64,000 nucleotides of DNA from an uncultured Solirubrobacterales bacterium (GTDB taxonomy: Bacteria; Actinomycetota; Thermoleophilia; Solirubrobacterales; Solirubrobacteraceae): assembly GCA_963706395.1 (NCBI GenBank), contig OY970158.1, positions 394,421 to 458,420 on the forward strand, in the 5' to 3' direction. Made by a program: the position numbers and the translations under genes. How positions within the stretch are numbered: the first letter of the stretch is position 1; each line of letters begins with the position of its first letter. Positions 48,193 to 57,843 of this stretch are shown here, one piece after another. Below the pieces are notes generated by a model that saw nothing but the letters and a program-made list of their open reading frames with translations, was not told the DNA's origin and did not search any database.

Positions 48193-48815
48193 CTAGTTAC
48201 TGGGGTGGCGTGCGACGTGCGCTAGTGAGCTGTGGCCGTTTTGGTGCTCGAAGGCGATCGGACCCGAGCCTTTCAGGACTGTGGCCATCGCAATCTCGGC
48301 CTCGTCGTACTCGAACCCACCCGGGATCTTGACCTGGATTGAGTAGTCGCTGGCTTCCTCACCCATCGACTGGATCGGCGCGGTAACGGTCTCGAGCGCA
48401 CCGCCGACCGCGCAGCGGGCGCGGCGGTTCTCAACATCGATGTCGATTTCGATGCCGGCGATCACCGGATCGTGGAACGTGTCGATGATCTCGGCGAGGA
48501 TGCCGTAGAAGGTGCCGCCGCTCTGACCGGAGAGGATCGCGCCCATGGCCTGCATCTGTTCGGGGGACATCGAGGCGTCGAGGATCGCCTGGCCTGCGCC
48601 ATGGCCTTCGTGCAGCGCGCCGGGCCACCAGTACTTGAACGCCCACTTGACGCCATCGAGGTGACGTGGTCGAAATGACCCCGCTCGACGATCATCGCCG
48701 CCATTCCCTCACAGTTGCCGTGCGTGGGGTCGGCGTTGAAGTCACACGGACAACCGGGGTCGCAGTTGCAGTTCTTCATGTACGGACCCTCGAGACGCCA
48801 GTCGGGCTGAGCCAT
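48193..48815 (-). pseudogene. DUF1326 protein, cut from its native start by the IS; also a 1-nt slip near 48660
   Basis: WRLEG.YMKNCNC..GCPC...GNC motif; native ATG and RBS lie on the far side of the IS (50117-50133). Confidence 0.75.
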
Positions 48816-48876
48816 CCTGGGTTTGACGGAGACTTTGATGCCAGGTTTTCCCTGGCGGAGGGAGAAGTCACCGAGC

Positions 48877-49179
48877 ATGCCAAGAGCGAGGAAGTATTCA
48901 CAGGAGCTGCTGGACCGCGGGGCGCGCCTCGTGTTCGAGTCAGGGCGCCCGATCGCGCACATCGCGAGAGATCTGGGCATCGAGTCTGAGACGCTGCGCA
49001 AACACGTGCGGCAGGTCGAAGCTGATGAGGGCCAGCGCAAAGACGTCTTGACCAGCCAGGAGCGGGAGGAGATTAAGGCGCTTCGCCGGGAGGTCTCCCA
49101 GCTGCGCCGGGCTAACGAGATCCTGAAGGCTGCCAGCGTGTTTTTCGCGGGCGAGCTCGATCCACACCGTCCGAAGTGA
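48877..49179 (+). CDS. IS3 transposase OrfA (HTH)
   Basis: RKYSQEL, IAHIARDLGI..ETLRKHV, ANEILKAASVFFAGELD; GTGA overlap with OrfB. Confidence 0.92.
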   Translation: MPRARKYSQELLDRGARLVFESGRPIAHIARDLGIESETLRKHVRQVEADEGQRKDVLTSQEREEIKALRREVSQLRRANEILKAASVFFAGELDPHRPK

Positions 49180-50066
49180 GCGCGTTCATCGAGGAGCACC
49201 GCGAGCGTTTCGGGGTCGAGCCGATCTGTGAGACCTTGGGCGTGTCGGCGTCCGCCTACTATCAGCGCGCCACCGGGCAACGCTCAGCCAGGGCCCGGGA
49301 GGATGAGCGGCTACTCGGCGTGATCGCAGAGCTACACGCGCGCAACTACTCCGCTTATGGCTCACGGCGGATGTGGAAGGCGCTGCTGCGCTCCGGCGAG
49401 CAGGTCGGGCGCAGCCGTGTGGAGCGCCTGATGCGTGAGAACGGGCTGCAGGGCGCCAAGCGTCGCGGCAAGCCATGGCGCACAACCCGGGCAGATCCCT
49501 CGGCGATGCGCAGCCCCGATCTGGTGCAGCGCGAGTTCGAGGCCTCCCGGCCAGATGAGCTGTGGTTCGCTGACTTCACCTATCTGCGCTGCTGGGAGGG
49601 CCTGGTGTTCTTCAGCTTCGTGATCGACGCCTACAGCCGCAAGATCGTCGGCTGGCAGTTCGCGCCACACATGCGCACGACGCTCGTCCTCGATGCATTG
49701 AGAATGGCACTGCACCAGCGAGCACCAGGCGCTGATGTCGAGCTGGTCCATCACAGCGACGCCGGCAGCCAATACACCTCGATCGACTACACCCAGACGC
49801 TTGAGGATCACAGGGTCCTCGGCTCGATCGGGTCGGTCGGTGATGCCTATGACAACGCCCGCGCCGAGAGCTTCGTCGACAGCTTCAAGACCGAGCTCAT
49901 CGCCGACCGCGTCTGGACCAGCAGATCACAGCTCGAGCTCGCCGTCGTTGAGTACGTCGCCTGGTTCAACAACACCCGCCTACACCAAGCCCTCCACGAC
50001 CGGCCGCCACGAGAGATCGAGGAACTCTACGCTGTGAAAGACGGGCCAATCACACCCACCAACTGA
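49176..50066 (+). CDS. IS3 transposase OrfB (DDE integrase core)
   Basis: YGSRRMW, DLVQREF, WFADFTY, HHSDAGSQY, YDNARAESF, WFNNTRLH. Confidence 0.95.
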   Translation: MSAFIEEHRERFGVEPICETLGVSASAYYQRATGQRSARAREDERLLGVIAELHARNYSAYGSRRMWKALLRSGEQVGRSRVERLMRENGLQGAKRRGKPWRTTRADPSAMRSPDLVQREFEASRPDELWFADFTYLRCWEGLVFFSFVIDAYSRKIVGWQFAPHMRTTLVLDALRMALHQRAPGADVELVHHSDAGSQYTSIDYTQTLEDHRVLGSIGSVGDAYDNARAESFVDSFKTELIADRVWTSRSQLELAVVEYVAWFNNTRLHQALHDRPPREIEELYAVKDGPITPTN

Positions 50067-50183
50067 ATGTTGGGAACCTACAAAAACGGTCTCCGTCAAA
50101 CCCAGGATGGCTCAGGCATAGCGTTGCCTCCTCGATAGCTTGGGTTGCCCGGCCGACATTATTGCGTTACGGTCGATCGCGCA

Positions 50184-51074
50184 ATGGCATCCGCCGTGCA
50201 ACGTCCCGCCGGCCAACATCCGGCTATGCGGTTTCAAGCCGGCATCCTCGCCTCGCTGCTCGGGCTGGCCGTCCTCGCCTGGCTTTTGACGCACGAACGA
50301 ATGCTCGGCATGGACGCCGGTCCAGGCACGGACCCCGGGAGTCTCGGCTTCTACGTGGTGTCGTGGGTCGTGATGATGAGCGCGATGATGTTTCCCTCGA
50401 TCGCGCCGATGGTGCTCGCGTTCGGCTTCGTCCAGCGCCGCCGGCGCGATCGCGGGTCGGTCGAGCGCGCCGTCTCCTCGTGGGTGTTCGTGGGCGGCTA
50501 TCTGCTGACCTGGACAGCGTTCGGGCTGGCCGCCTACGGCCTGTATGTGGGTGTGCGCTCGCTCTCGATTCCCGCGCTGTCGTGGCATCGCGGCGGTCCT
50601 TATCTCGCCGGAGGCGTGCTCCTCGGGGCGGCGATCTACCAGCTCACGCCCATCAAGGACGCCTGCCTGCGCCGCTGCCGCTCACCGCTTGACTTCGTGC
50701 TCACCCATTGGCGTGACGGGCCCTGGGGAGCGCTTCGCATGGGCGTCGTGCACGGCGGGTGGTGCGTGGGCTGTTGCTGGGGCTTGATGGCGGCGCTGTT
50801 CGCTCTCGGGGTGATGAGCCTGACCTGGATGCTCGCGATCGCCGGGCTGATCGCGGTCGAGAAGCTGCTGCCCTGGCGAGAGCTCGCCAACCGCCTAGTC
50901 GCCATCACATTGGTCGTGCTTGCTTTGGGTGTCTCGTTTGCGCCGCAGCACGTGCCGGGTCTTACGCTGCCCGACTCCTCGCAAGCCAAAGCGGCAATGC
51001 ACACGATGTCCGGGATGCACTCCGTCGGCGGTGCGATGCCAAGTCATCAAATGGCGCCGATGAAGCGGAAATAG
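50184..51074 (+). CDS. DUF2182 predicted metal-binding membrane protein
   Basis: WVVMMSAMMFPS, YQLTPIKDACLRRCRSP, CVGCCWGLM, EKL. Confidence 0.9.
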   Translation: MASAVQRPAGQHPAMRFQAGILASLLGLAVLAWLLTHERMLGMDAGPGTDPGSLGFYVVSWVVMMSAMMFPSIAPMVLAFGFVQRRRRDRGSVERAVSSWVFVGGYLLTWTAFGLAAYGLYVGVRSLSIPALSWHRGGPYLAGGVLLGAAIYQLTPIKDACLRRCRSPLDFVLTHWRDGPWGALRMGVVHGGWCVGCCWGLMAALFALGVMSLTWMLAIAGLIAVEKLLPWRELANRLVAITLVVLALGVSFAPQHVPGLTLPDSSQAKAAMHTMSGMHSVGGAMPSHQMAPMKRK

Positions 51075-51147
51075 GCCATAGATCTCGCAGAGCGCGTCTG
51101 AGGTATGGTCGGGCCGGGTATAGCCCCTTGGGAGAAACGAGACAGTC

Positions 51148-51876
51148 ATGGCTGAACACAGGATCGGGACGCGCGAGGAGTACGACGCCGCGCGGGAGGA
51201 ATTGCTGAAGCGGGAGAAGGAGCTCACGCGAGCCACCGACGAGCTCGCCAGGGCGCGTCGCGAGCTGCCCTGGGTGCCGATCGAGCAGGAGTACAGCTTC
51301 GACACCAACGGGGGCACGAAGACCCTCGCCGATCTCTTCGACGGCCGCTCCCAGCTGCTCGTCTACCACTTCATGTTCGGCCCGCCCTACGAGGCGGGCT
51401 GCCCGGTCTGCTCCTCGATCGCGGACACGCTCGATCCCCAGGTCGTGCACCTGAAGGCCAGGGACACGACTCTGCTGCTCGCCTCCCGCGCGCCGCTCGA
51501 GCATCTCCTCGCCTTCAGGGAGCGGATGGGCTGGGGCATCGACTGGGTCTCAACCCGTGGCAGCGACTTCAACCGCGACCTCGGCTTCCTGCACACCGAG
51601 GAGGATCTCAAGCCGTTCCTGGCGGGCGAGATCCCGCCAACGGTCGAGCAAAATGCGCGCATGTGCGGGACGGACGCGGCGGGGTACGTCTCCGAGGGAC
51701 CGGGCCTGAGCGTGTACGCGCTATCGGATGGGACCGTCTACAGGACCTACGTGACGACTGCCCGCGGCCTCGAGCCGGCGATGGCCTACTACGGTCTGCT
51801 GGACCGGACGCCGAAGGGTCGCGACGAGAGCGCCCCGGAGCCGTTGTGGGTGCGCCGCCACGACGAGTACGCATAG
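51148..51876 (+). CDS. DUF899 thioredoxin-like protein
   Basis: EKELTR..DELARARRELPWV, DLFDGRSQLLVYHFMFGP...CPVCS, LLDRTPKGR. Confidence 0.92.
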   Translation: MAEHRIGTREEYDAAREELLKREKELTRATDELARARRELPWVPIEQEYSFDTNGGTKTLADLFDGRSQLLVYHFMFGPPYEAGCPVCSSIADTLDPQVVHLKARDTTLLLASRAPLEHLLAFRERMGWGIDWVSTRGSDFNRDLGFLHTEEDLKPFLAGEIPPTVEQNARMCGTDAAGYVSEGPGLSVYALSDGTVYRTYVTTARGLEPAMAYYGLLDRTPKGRDESAPEPLWVRRHDEYA

Positions 51877-52078
51877 ATAGGGAGACACATAGAGCGGCGC
51901 TCATCTGTGGGGTGGGCCATGCAAACGGCGACGTCGTCATCCATCACCTGGCCGCGACCGTCCACGCGCTCGACCCCAACCCACCCGACCCAGGGAAGCT
52001 GGGATGAAAGACGTGAAGTGCTTCTCTTCCACAACGCAGGAGCGCCTCAAACCCGCTGCCGGCCCTCGGCCTGGGAGC

Positions 52079-52375
52079 ATGAGCGCAGTGACCACCGCCG
52101 AGCTTTGGCGTCGCGGCCAGGTGGGCTGGCCGCGACGCTTCCCCATTGCACAGTTCCCGAACCCGCCACTGCTGCTCGCGTTCGCGGGATGGGGACTCGC
52201 GGCCGAGTCCGATGGCACCGCACACGAGGTCGGTCGCGTGGTCTTCACACTCGGCCTCGCCGTGTGGGCGTGGAAGGAGGCGGTGAGCGGGGTCAACTGG
52301 TTCCGTCGTCTCCTCGGGGCCGGGGCGCTCATATGGATCGTCGCTAGCCTAGCCCGCGAGCTCAGCGGCCACTGA
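52079..52375 (+). CDS. Hypothetical membrane protein
   Basis: IAQFPNPPL...WAWKEAVSGVNWFRRLLG; three hydrophobic helices. Confidence 0.7.
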   Translation: MSAVTTAELWRRGQVGWPRRFPIAQFPNPPLLLAFAGWGLAAESDGTAHEVGRVVFTLGLAVWAWKEAVSGVNWFRRLLGAGALIWIVASLARELSGH

Positions 52376-52426
52376 GCGAGTTAACGCTGCTCGTCCCGGC
52401 CCGCCCCGGTCCACACCCACACCCCC

Positions 52427-52454
52427 GTGTGCGGAGCAGGGATGCTCCGCACAC
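52427..52454. terminator. Hairpin between convergent genes
   Basis: gtgtgcggagca-ggga-tgctccgcacac, perfect 12-bp stem. Confidence 0.6.
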
Positions 52455-52568
52455 ACGCCCATCGGCCCCCGGAACAGACTGCGGCAATGTGGCCACGCGG
52501 ACTGCAATTGGCTGACAGTGGGAGCGTGGACTACCGTGAACGGCGCAACGAAGCTCTGCGCCCGAGGC

Positions 52569-53414
52569 CTACTCGCCTCCCGATCCTCGAACTGGCGCAG
52601 TCAAGCGACCTGGATGCCGTGGTGGGCGATGCAGCAGGAAGCTGTCGCCGAGGAGCTGCGTGATCGTGACGAGCTGATAGCCGCGTGCCTTTAGCCCTTC
52701 GATGATGCCGGGCAGTGCCTGCACTGTCTGTCCCTGTGTTTCGATGTTGTCGTGCATGACGACGATCGAGCCGGGCCTCACACCTGAGAGCACGCGTTCG
52801 CGGATCACACTAACCCCCGGATGCCGCCAGTCTTCGGCGTCTACGTTCCACTTCGCCGTGGTCAGGCCGAGGGCCTTGGCGCGCTGCTCTAGTTCCGGCG
52901 AGGTATTCCCATAGGGTGGACGGAACAGGCAGGGATCGAAGCCGCTCGCCCGTTCGATTTCCCGGTTGGTGAGTTCGAGCTGAAGCGAGGCGCCTTCGCC
53001 CTCGCCCGGGAGATCGCGGGGATGGTTGTAGGAGTGGTTGCCCATCTCCATGCCATGGTCGACCATTTCCCGCAGCAACCTCGCCCCGCCGGGGCTTTCC
53101 ATCAGCTCCGAGACGCGTTCGCCGATCATGAAGAACGTGCCGGCGACGTGGTACTGCAGGAGCGTCTTGAACAGACGTTCGGTATAGGGACTCGGGCTGT
53201 CATCGAAGCTCAGTGCGACCATGTTCCCGGTCGCGGGACCGTGGTTCGCGAAGACGAGGTGACGGGTGCAGCCCACAGGGGGATGCACCAGGCCTTGCTG
53301 CTCAACGGGCAGACTTGTCAGGTTCCCCTGACCACCGCAGCCGGAAATCGCCAGCACGAGGAGCGGCACGAGCCTGAGCCAGGTCACTCTGGGTTGCTTG
53401 CCAAAAGGTCTCAT
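52569..53414 (-). CDS. Polysaccharide deacetylase (NodB/CE4), probable lipoprotein
   Basis: LAISGC lipobox; ALSFDD, GNHSYNH, FRPPYG, SIVVMHD. Confidence 0.9.
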   Translation of the reverse strand: MRPFGKQPRVTWLRLVPLLVLAISGCGGQGNLTSLPVEQQGLVHPPVGCTRHLVFANHGPATGNMVALSFDDSPSPYTERLFKTLLQYHVAGTFFMIGERVSELMESPGGARLLREMVDHGMEMGNHSYNHPRDLPGEGEGASLQLELTNREIERASGFDPCLFRPPYGNTSPELEQRAKALGLTTAKWNVDAEDWRHPGVSVIRERVLSGVRPGSIVVMHDNIETQGQTVQALPGIIEGLKARGYQLVTITQLLGDSFLLHRPPRHPGRLTAPVRGSGGE

Positions 53415-53726
53415 TCGTCAAGGACCGCGCTATCTGCCTCTCATGATTTGAGCAGCCCACGCTAGCGCCAGCTTGGCGCTGAACTTTGGGGCGCCATGAT
53501 AGACATCGGTGCGGCGCTCCCCTGAGATGTGCTTGGTTTGAGTTCAGCCACCGCAGGTTCATGCCGATATGGTTCAGTGATCTCCCTGACTCGCGCCGTC
53601 GCCCACGACTTCACCGGCTCGACAGCGGTAAAGGTTCTCGGCCTGTGGTCTGCTGGCGCCGGGGCCACACACGAGCGTGGGCTGTAGCGCAGAATAGACC
53701 TGATGCCAGGTCGAGCCCAGCAAGCA

Positions 53727-54527
53727 ATGTCGCGTCTCGCGACGCTCATCGGAATCGTCCTTGGCCTCATGCTGGTCGCTGGCTGCGGCTCCACCCAAAC
53801 GACAACTACGACGGTCACCGACCAGACGGCCATTGCCTCAGTGACCGCAGCGCCAGCCCAGACGCAGAGCAACCCCGCGTCGGGTGGCAGCGCCCTGACC
53901 AAGCCAACGGTGCCGGTCACACCACCTGCCGTTGTCGTGCCGAAACCGCACATCATTTGGGACCCGATCCCGTTCGGGCCCGAACGAAAGGCGCAGATGG
54001 TCGCCTATACCCGGAGGCACTACGGGAGCTTTATGACACCCACGTACAAGCTCGTGCACCCGCACGTCATCGTCATCCACTACACGGAATCGCCGACTTT
54101 TCAGTCGACCTACAACACCTTCGCGCCAGATGTTCCCGACACCGAGCTGCACGAGCTGCCGGGCACGTGTGCGCACTTCGTGATCGACAAGAACGGCGGC
54201 ATCCACCAGCTCGTCCCCCTCGACATCATGTGCCGGCACACCGTCGGGCTCAACTGGACAGCGATCGGAATCGAGCACGTCGGCTCAAGCGACCAGGAAG
54301 TCCTCGATGATCCGGCACAGATCGGCGCAAGCCTGAGGTTGGTGAGATGGCTTCGTTGCCACTACCACGTCGCCGTCCGCAACGTGATCGGCCACAACGA
54401 GAGCCCCTCAAGTTCATACCATCGCGAGGACGTGCCCTCTCTTCGCACGCAGACTCACTCCGACTTCAACCACGCCGACATGCAGACCTACCGCCGCCGC
54501 CTCGTGGCCGCCGGCGGGTGCGCGTAA
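53727..54527 (+). CDS. N-acetylmuramoyl-L-alanine amidase (Amidase_2), probable lipoprotein
   Basis: LVAGC lipobox; Thr/Pro linker; IVIHYT, AHFVID, AIGIEH, VIGH. Confidence 0.88.
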   Translation: MSRLATLIGIVLGLMLVAGCGSTQTTTTTVTDQTAIASVTAAPAQTQSNPASGGSALTKPTVPVTPPAVVVPKPHIIWDPIPFGPERKAQMVAYTRRHYGSFMTPTYKLVHPHVIVIHYTESPTFQSTYNTFAPDVPDTELHELPGTCAHFVIDKNGGIHQLVPLDIMCRHTVGLNWTAIGIEHVGSSDQEVLDDPAQIGASLRLVRWLRCHYHVAVRNVIGHNESPSSSYHREDVPSLRTQTHSDFNHADMQTYRRRLVAAGGCA

Positions 54528-54572
54528 CCCCACCAAGTGTGAGACGGCGCTGGGATAGGATGGGGCCCGCCT

Positions 54573-55045
54573 ATGACAGGTCCTTGCTCACCGTCTACGC
54601 GCGCTCGTCGAGCGTTGCAGCGTCTTGTCTTGCTCACGCTTGTGATCGGTGTCTACTCGTTCGCTCTTGCGGCTGCTGTTGACGCGAGCGGGGTTCCAAT
54701 CCTCGCTGGACCATGGAGTCTTCACCAGACGGGCTACGGGCACGTCAAGCCCGCCACCGTGTTCAACGGCGGAGATCCCACCGGTCTCGTGCGCTACATC
54801 AACTGGAATTCGTGGGGCGACGCACATGCGGTAGGAACCGGAATCGCCGAGTACGAGGCTCCCAATCAGCCGGTGGCTGGCGGTAGCCAGGAGATCGCGC
54901 GGATTGTGCTCTTCCAGTTGGGATCTTGCCACCACAGGCGAGCTTACGACGCAATCGAGTGGTACTTCCCCCCCAGCACGGGCAGCACTTCAACCCGCAT
55001 CAGTACATCAACGCCTGCAGCGGCCAGTATTACCCACGCTATTAA
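54573..55045 (+). CDS. Secreted hypothetical protein; probable frameshift at a C7 tract (54968-54974)
   Basis: Signal-like N-terminus; the alternative frame after WYFP gives QHGQHFNPHQYINACSGQYYPRY-stop (55045). Confidence 0.5.
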
Positions 55046-55242
55046 CCCTGCTCCCGACGATATGAGGGTTCAGCGTCCTACCAGCCCTCGTTCAATCATC
55101 GACGGATGCACGCAGGTGCATGAGAGATCATGATTGCTTGCATCACTCCGCTCGTGACCGGCATACCTCCGAAGGGATTTGCCGCGTCGAGGATGCGCTT
55201 GAGCTCACCGGACCCGACCATGGCCCTTGCTGCGACGTAGCT

Positions 55243-55971
55243 CTACGCGGGTGCGATCGCCTGCTCCTGGGCGGTGCGCAACTGCTCGATGCCATGCGCG
55301 GCGAGCACGAGCAGCTCATCCAGATGCGCGCGCGAAAGCGGGGTGCGCTCGGCCGTCGCCTGCACCTCGATCAGGCCACCCTCGCCGGTCATCACGACGT
55401 TGGCGTCAACCTCGGCGGTCGAGTCCTCGGAGTAGTCCAGATCGAGCAGGGCGGTGCCCTCCACCATGCCGCAGGAGACCGCCGCCACCGTGCCCGTCAA
55501 GGGTGAGTGCTCGAGCAGGCCCTCGGACCGCAGGCGCCCACACGCCAACGCCAAGGCCACATAGGCGCCCGTGATCGAGGCACAACGCGTGCCCCCGTCG
55601 GCCTGGAGCACGTCGCAGTCCAGGTAGATCGTCCGTTCGCCGAGCTTGGAGAGGTCGATCACACCGCGCAGCGAGCGGCCGATCAGGCGCTGGATCTCAA
55701 CGGTGCGACCGTCCTGGCGGCCCCGTGTCGCGTCGCGCTGCTTACGATCACCGGTGGACGCCGGCAGCATTCCGTACTCAGCCGTCAGCCAGCCCCTGTC
55801 CTTGCCAGCCATCCAGCGGGGGACGCTCTCCTGCGCAGAGGCGGTACAGATCACGCGTGTCTCGCCCATCGAGATCAGCGCCGAGCCCGTCGCGGTGCGC
55901 ATGAACCCCGGCTCGATCGTGACCGGGCGCAGCTCGCCCGGCCCACGCCCATAGCTGCGCTCAACGCTCAC
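55243..55971 (-). CDS. rph: Ribonuclease PH
   Basis: ELRPVTI, GSAL...G.TRVIC, AEYGMLP, RTVEIQRLIGRSLR, DCDVLQADGGTR, LDLDYSED. Confidence 0.96.
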   Translation of the reverse strand: MSVERSYGRGPGELRPVTIEPGFMRTATGSALISMGETRVICTASAQESVPRWMAGKDRGWLTAEYGMLPASTGDRKQRDATRGRQDGRTVEIQRLIGRSLRGVIDLSKLGERTIYLDCDVLQADGGTRCASITGAYVALALACGRLRSEGLLEHSPLTGTVAAVSCGMVEGTALLDLDYSEDSTAEVDANVVMTGEGGLIEVQATAERTPLSRAHLDELLVLAAHGIEQLRTAQEQAIAPA

Positions 55972-56831
55972 ACCGTCACCTCTACGGTGGCGAGCGCGAC
56001 GTGCTCCACTGGACCCAGCGGCATCTGCAAAAAGCGCGTACCCGCCCGCTCAAACTCCTGCGTGTCACCCGTGCAGAAGAAGCGGTAGTCACCTTCGCCT
56101 GCTCCAGGGTTGCGCAGTCCGCGCGTACTCAGCGCGTGCTCGACCTGACGCGCCAGCGCCGACCCCGAGCTGACCAGCGTCACCTCCGGACCGAGCGTTC
56201 GCTGCAGCATCGGGCTGATCAGCGGGTAGTGCGTGCAACCGAGGATCACCGTGTCAACGTCCGACTCCCGCAGCGGCGCGCACACTTCGCGCACCGTCTC
56301 GAGCGCGTGCGCGTCGAGGTGCCTGCCTTCCTGGATGATCGATGCCAGCGTGGGACAGGCGACGGGGTGCAGCGTCACATACGGATCGACCGCGGCCACA
56401 GCCTGCTCATAGGCCCCGCTGGCCACCGTCGTCGGCGTCGCCAGCAGCCCGATCCTTCCCGTGCGCGTCGCCGCAACCGCCTGGGAAGCCTCCGGCCGCA
56501 CGACCCCGATCACGTCCACGCCGAGCGTCGTGTCCATCATCCGCCTGCGCAGCGCCGGCAGGGCCGCGGATGTGGCGGCGTTGCACGCAACCACCAGCAG
56601 CTTGGCCCTGCGCCTGAGGAGCTCCTCGGCCATCTCGACCGAGAAGCGCTCGAGCTCCTCCGGCGGGCGTTTGCCATAGGGGAAGCGCTGAGTGTCGCCG
56701 AGATATAGGAAGTCCTCCTGGGGCAATCTGACCAGCAGCTCGTGCAGCACGGTCAGTCCGCCCACGCCCGAGTCGAACACGCCGATCGGCCGCCCGCGCG
56801 GGTCGGATGTACTTGGCAGGGCGCTCGCCAT
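55968..56831 (-). CDS. murI: Glutamate racemase
   Basis: IGVFDSGVGGLTV, GDT.RFPYG, ACNAAT, LGCTHYP. Confidence 0.96.
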   Translation of the reverse strand: MASALPSTSDPRGRPIGVFDSGVGGLTVLHELLVRLPQEDFLYLGDTQRFPYGKRPPEELERFSVEMAEELLRRRAKLLVVACNAATSAALPALRRRMMDTTLGVDVIGVVRPEASQAVAATRTGRIGLLATPTTVASGAYEQAVAAVDPYVTLHPVACPTLASIIQEGRHLDAHALETVREVCAPLRESDVDTVILGCTHYPLISPMLQRTLGPEVTLVSSGSALARQVEHALSTRGLRNPGAGEGDYRFFCTGDTQEFERAGTRFLQMPLGPVEHVALATVEVTV

Positions 56832-56875
56832 GGAGCCATCATTCCACAGGGCCCCAGGAGCGATACGGTCAGCGG

Positions 56876-57820
56876 ATGGTGCGCGCGCTGGTCCTCTCCA
56901 ACATGCTCCCCGACGCCGCCCATCCCGAGCGGGGGCGCTTCGTGCGCGATCAAGCCGATGCGCTGCGCCACCTGGACGGCCTGCAGGTCGAGCTTTACGA
57001 GTTCCCGCCAGGAGGGAATGCATTGAGGCATGCCTTCGTTGACCTGCGCAGCCGCTATGCGGGCAGGCGTTTCGATGTCGTCCACGCCCACTTCGGTCTC
57101 AGTGCGTGGCCCGCCCTCGCCGTACGGGCACGGGTGCGAGCACTGACGGTGCACGGCACCGATGTTCGCCATCCGCGCACGCGCCAGGCTACTCGCGCTG
57201 TGCTGCCCTTGATGGACCTCCTCGCCGCCGTATCAGCGTCACTTGCTCGTGAGATCCCAGGGCGGGCGGCGCGCAAACGCACACAGGTGTTGCCCTGCGG
57301 AGTGGACCTGGACCGCTTTGGTCCGCTATCGCGTAAGCAGGCACGCCTAGAGCTGGGGCTCGATCCCGACCGTCCCTATCTGCTGTTCCCCGCCGATCCC
57401 AGCCGTCCCAGCAAGCGCTATGACCGCGCCCTGGCCGTCGCGGGCAACGTCGAGCTGCTCACCCTCGCGGGCATCGATCCTGACCGGGTTGCGCTGTGGA
57501 TCAATGCTGCCAACGCAGTGCTCGTGCCTTCCGAAAGTGAGGGTTTTGGCCTGGCGGTACTCGAGGCATTGGCTTGTGAAGTGCCCGTGCTCGCCACGCC
57601 AGTGGGAGTGCATGCTGAGGCCTTGGATGGCCTGCAGGGAACCCTGTGTGCCCCATTTGATGTGGACCGCTGGCGCCAGGCACTAGCGCCTGCCCTGGCC
57701 AGCGGAGACCCACGGGTGCAGGGGCGTCCACACGCGGCCCGCTTCTCCGCCGAGGCGATGGCCGAGCGCGTCGCCATCGCCTGGGGCCTGGCGCTGAAGC
57801 GGGCTGGAAATGAGTCTTAG
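56876..57820 (+). CDS. GT4-family glycosyltransferase
   Basis: VVHAHFG, TVHGTD, PCGVD..RF, PSESEGFGLAVLEALAC. Confidence 0.88.
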   Translation: MVRALVLSNMLPDAAHPERGRFVRDQADALRHLDGLQVELYEFPPGGNALRHAFVDLRSRYAGRRFDVVHAHFGLSAWPALAVRARVRALTVHGTDVRHPRTRQATRAVLPLMDLLAAVSASLAREIPGRAARKRTQVLPCGVDLDRFGPLSRKQARLELGLDPDRPYLLFPADPSRPSKRYDRALAVAGNVELLTLAGIDPDRVALWINAANAVLVPSESEGFGLAVLEALACEVPVLATPVGVHAEALDGLQGTLCAPFDVDRWRQALAPALASGDPRVQGRPHAARFSAEAMAERVAIAWGLALKRAGNES

Positions 57821-57843
57821 ATAGCGGGTAGCATGGGACGGCG

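Larger units (their letters stand above)
48808..50114 (+). mobile_element. IS3-family insertion sequence (IS51/IS6110-like), 1307 bp
   Basis: Perfect 26-bp terminal IRs TGAGCCATCCTGGGTTTGACGGAGAC (48808-48833 and 50089-50114); TG..CA ends; 3-bp target duplication GGC. Confidence 0.95.

Noticed and set aside
43607-55242. Prophage or integrative element with att sites
   Set aside because: No integrase, phage structural genes, tRNA or boundary direct repeats found by eye.
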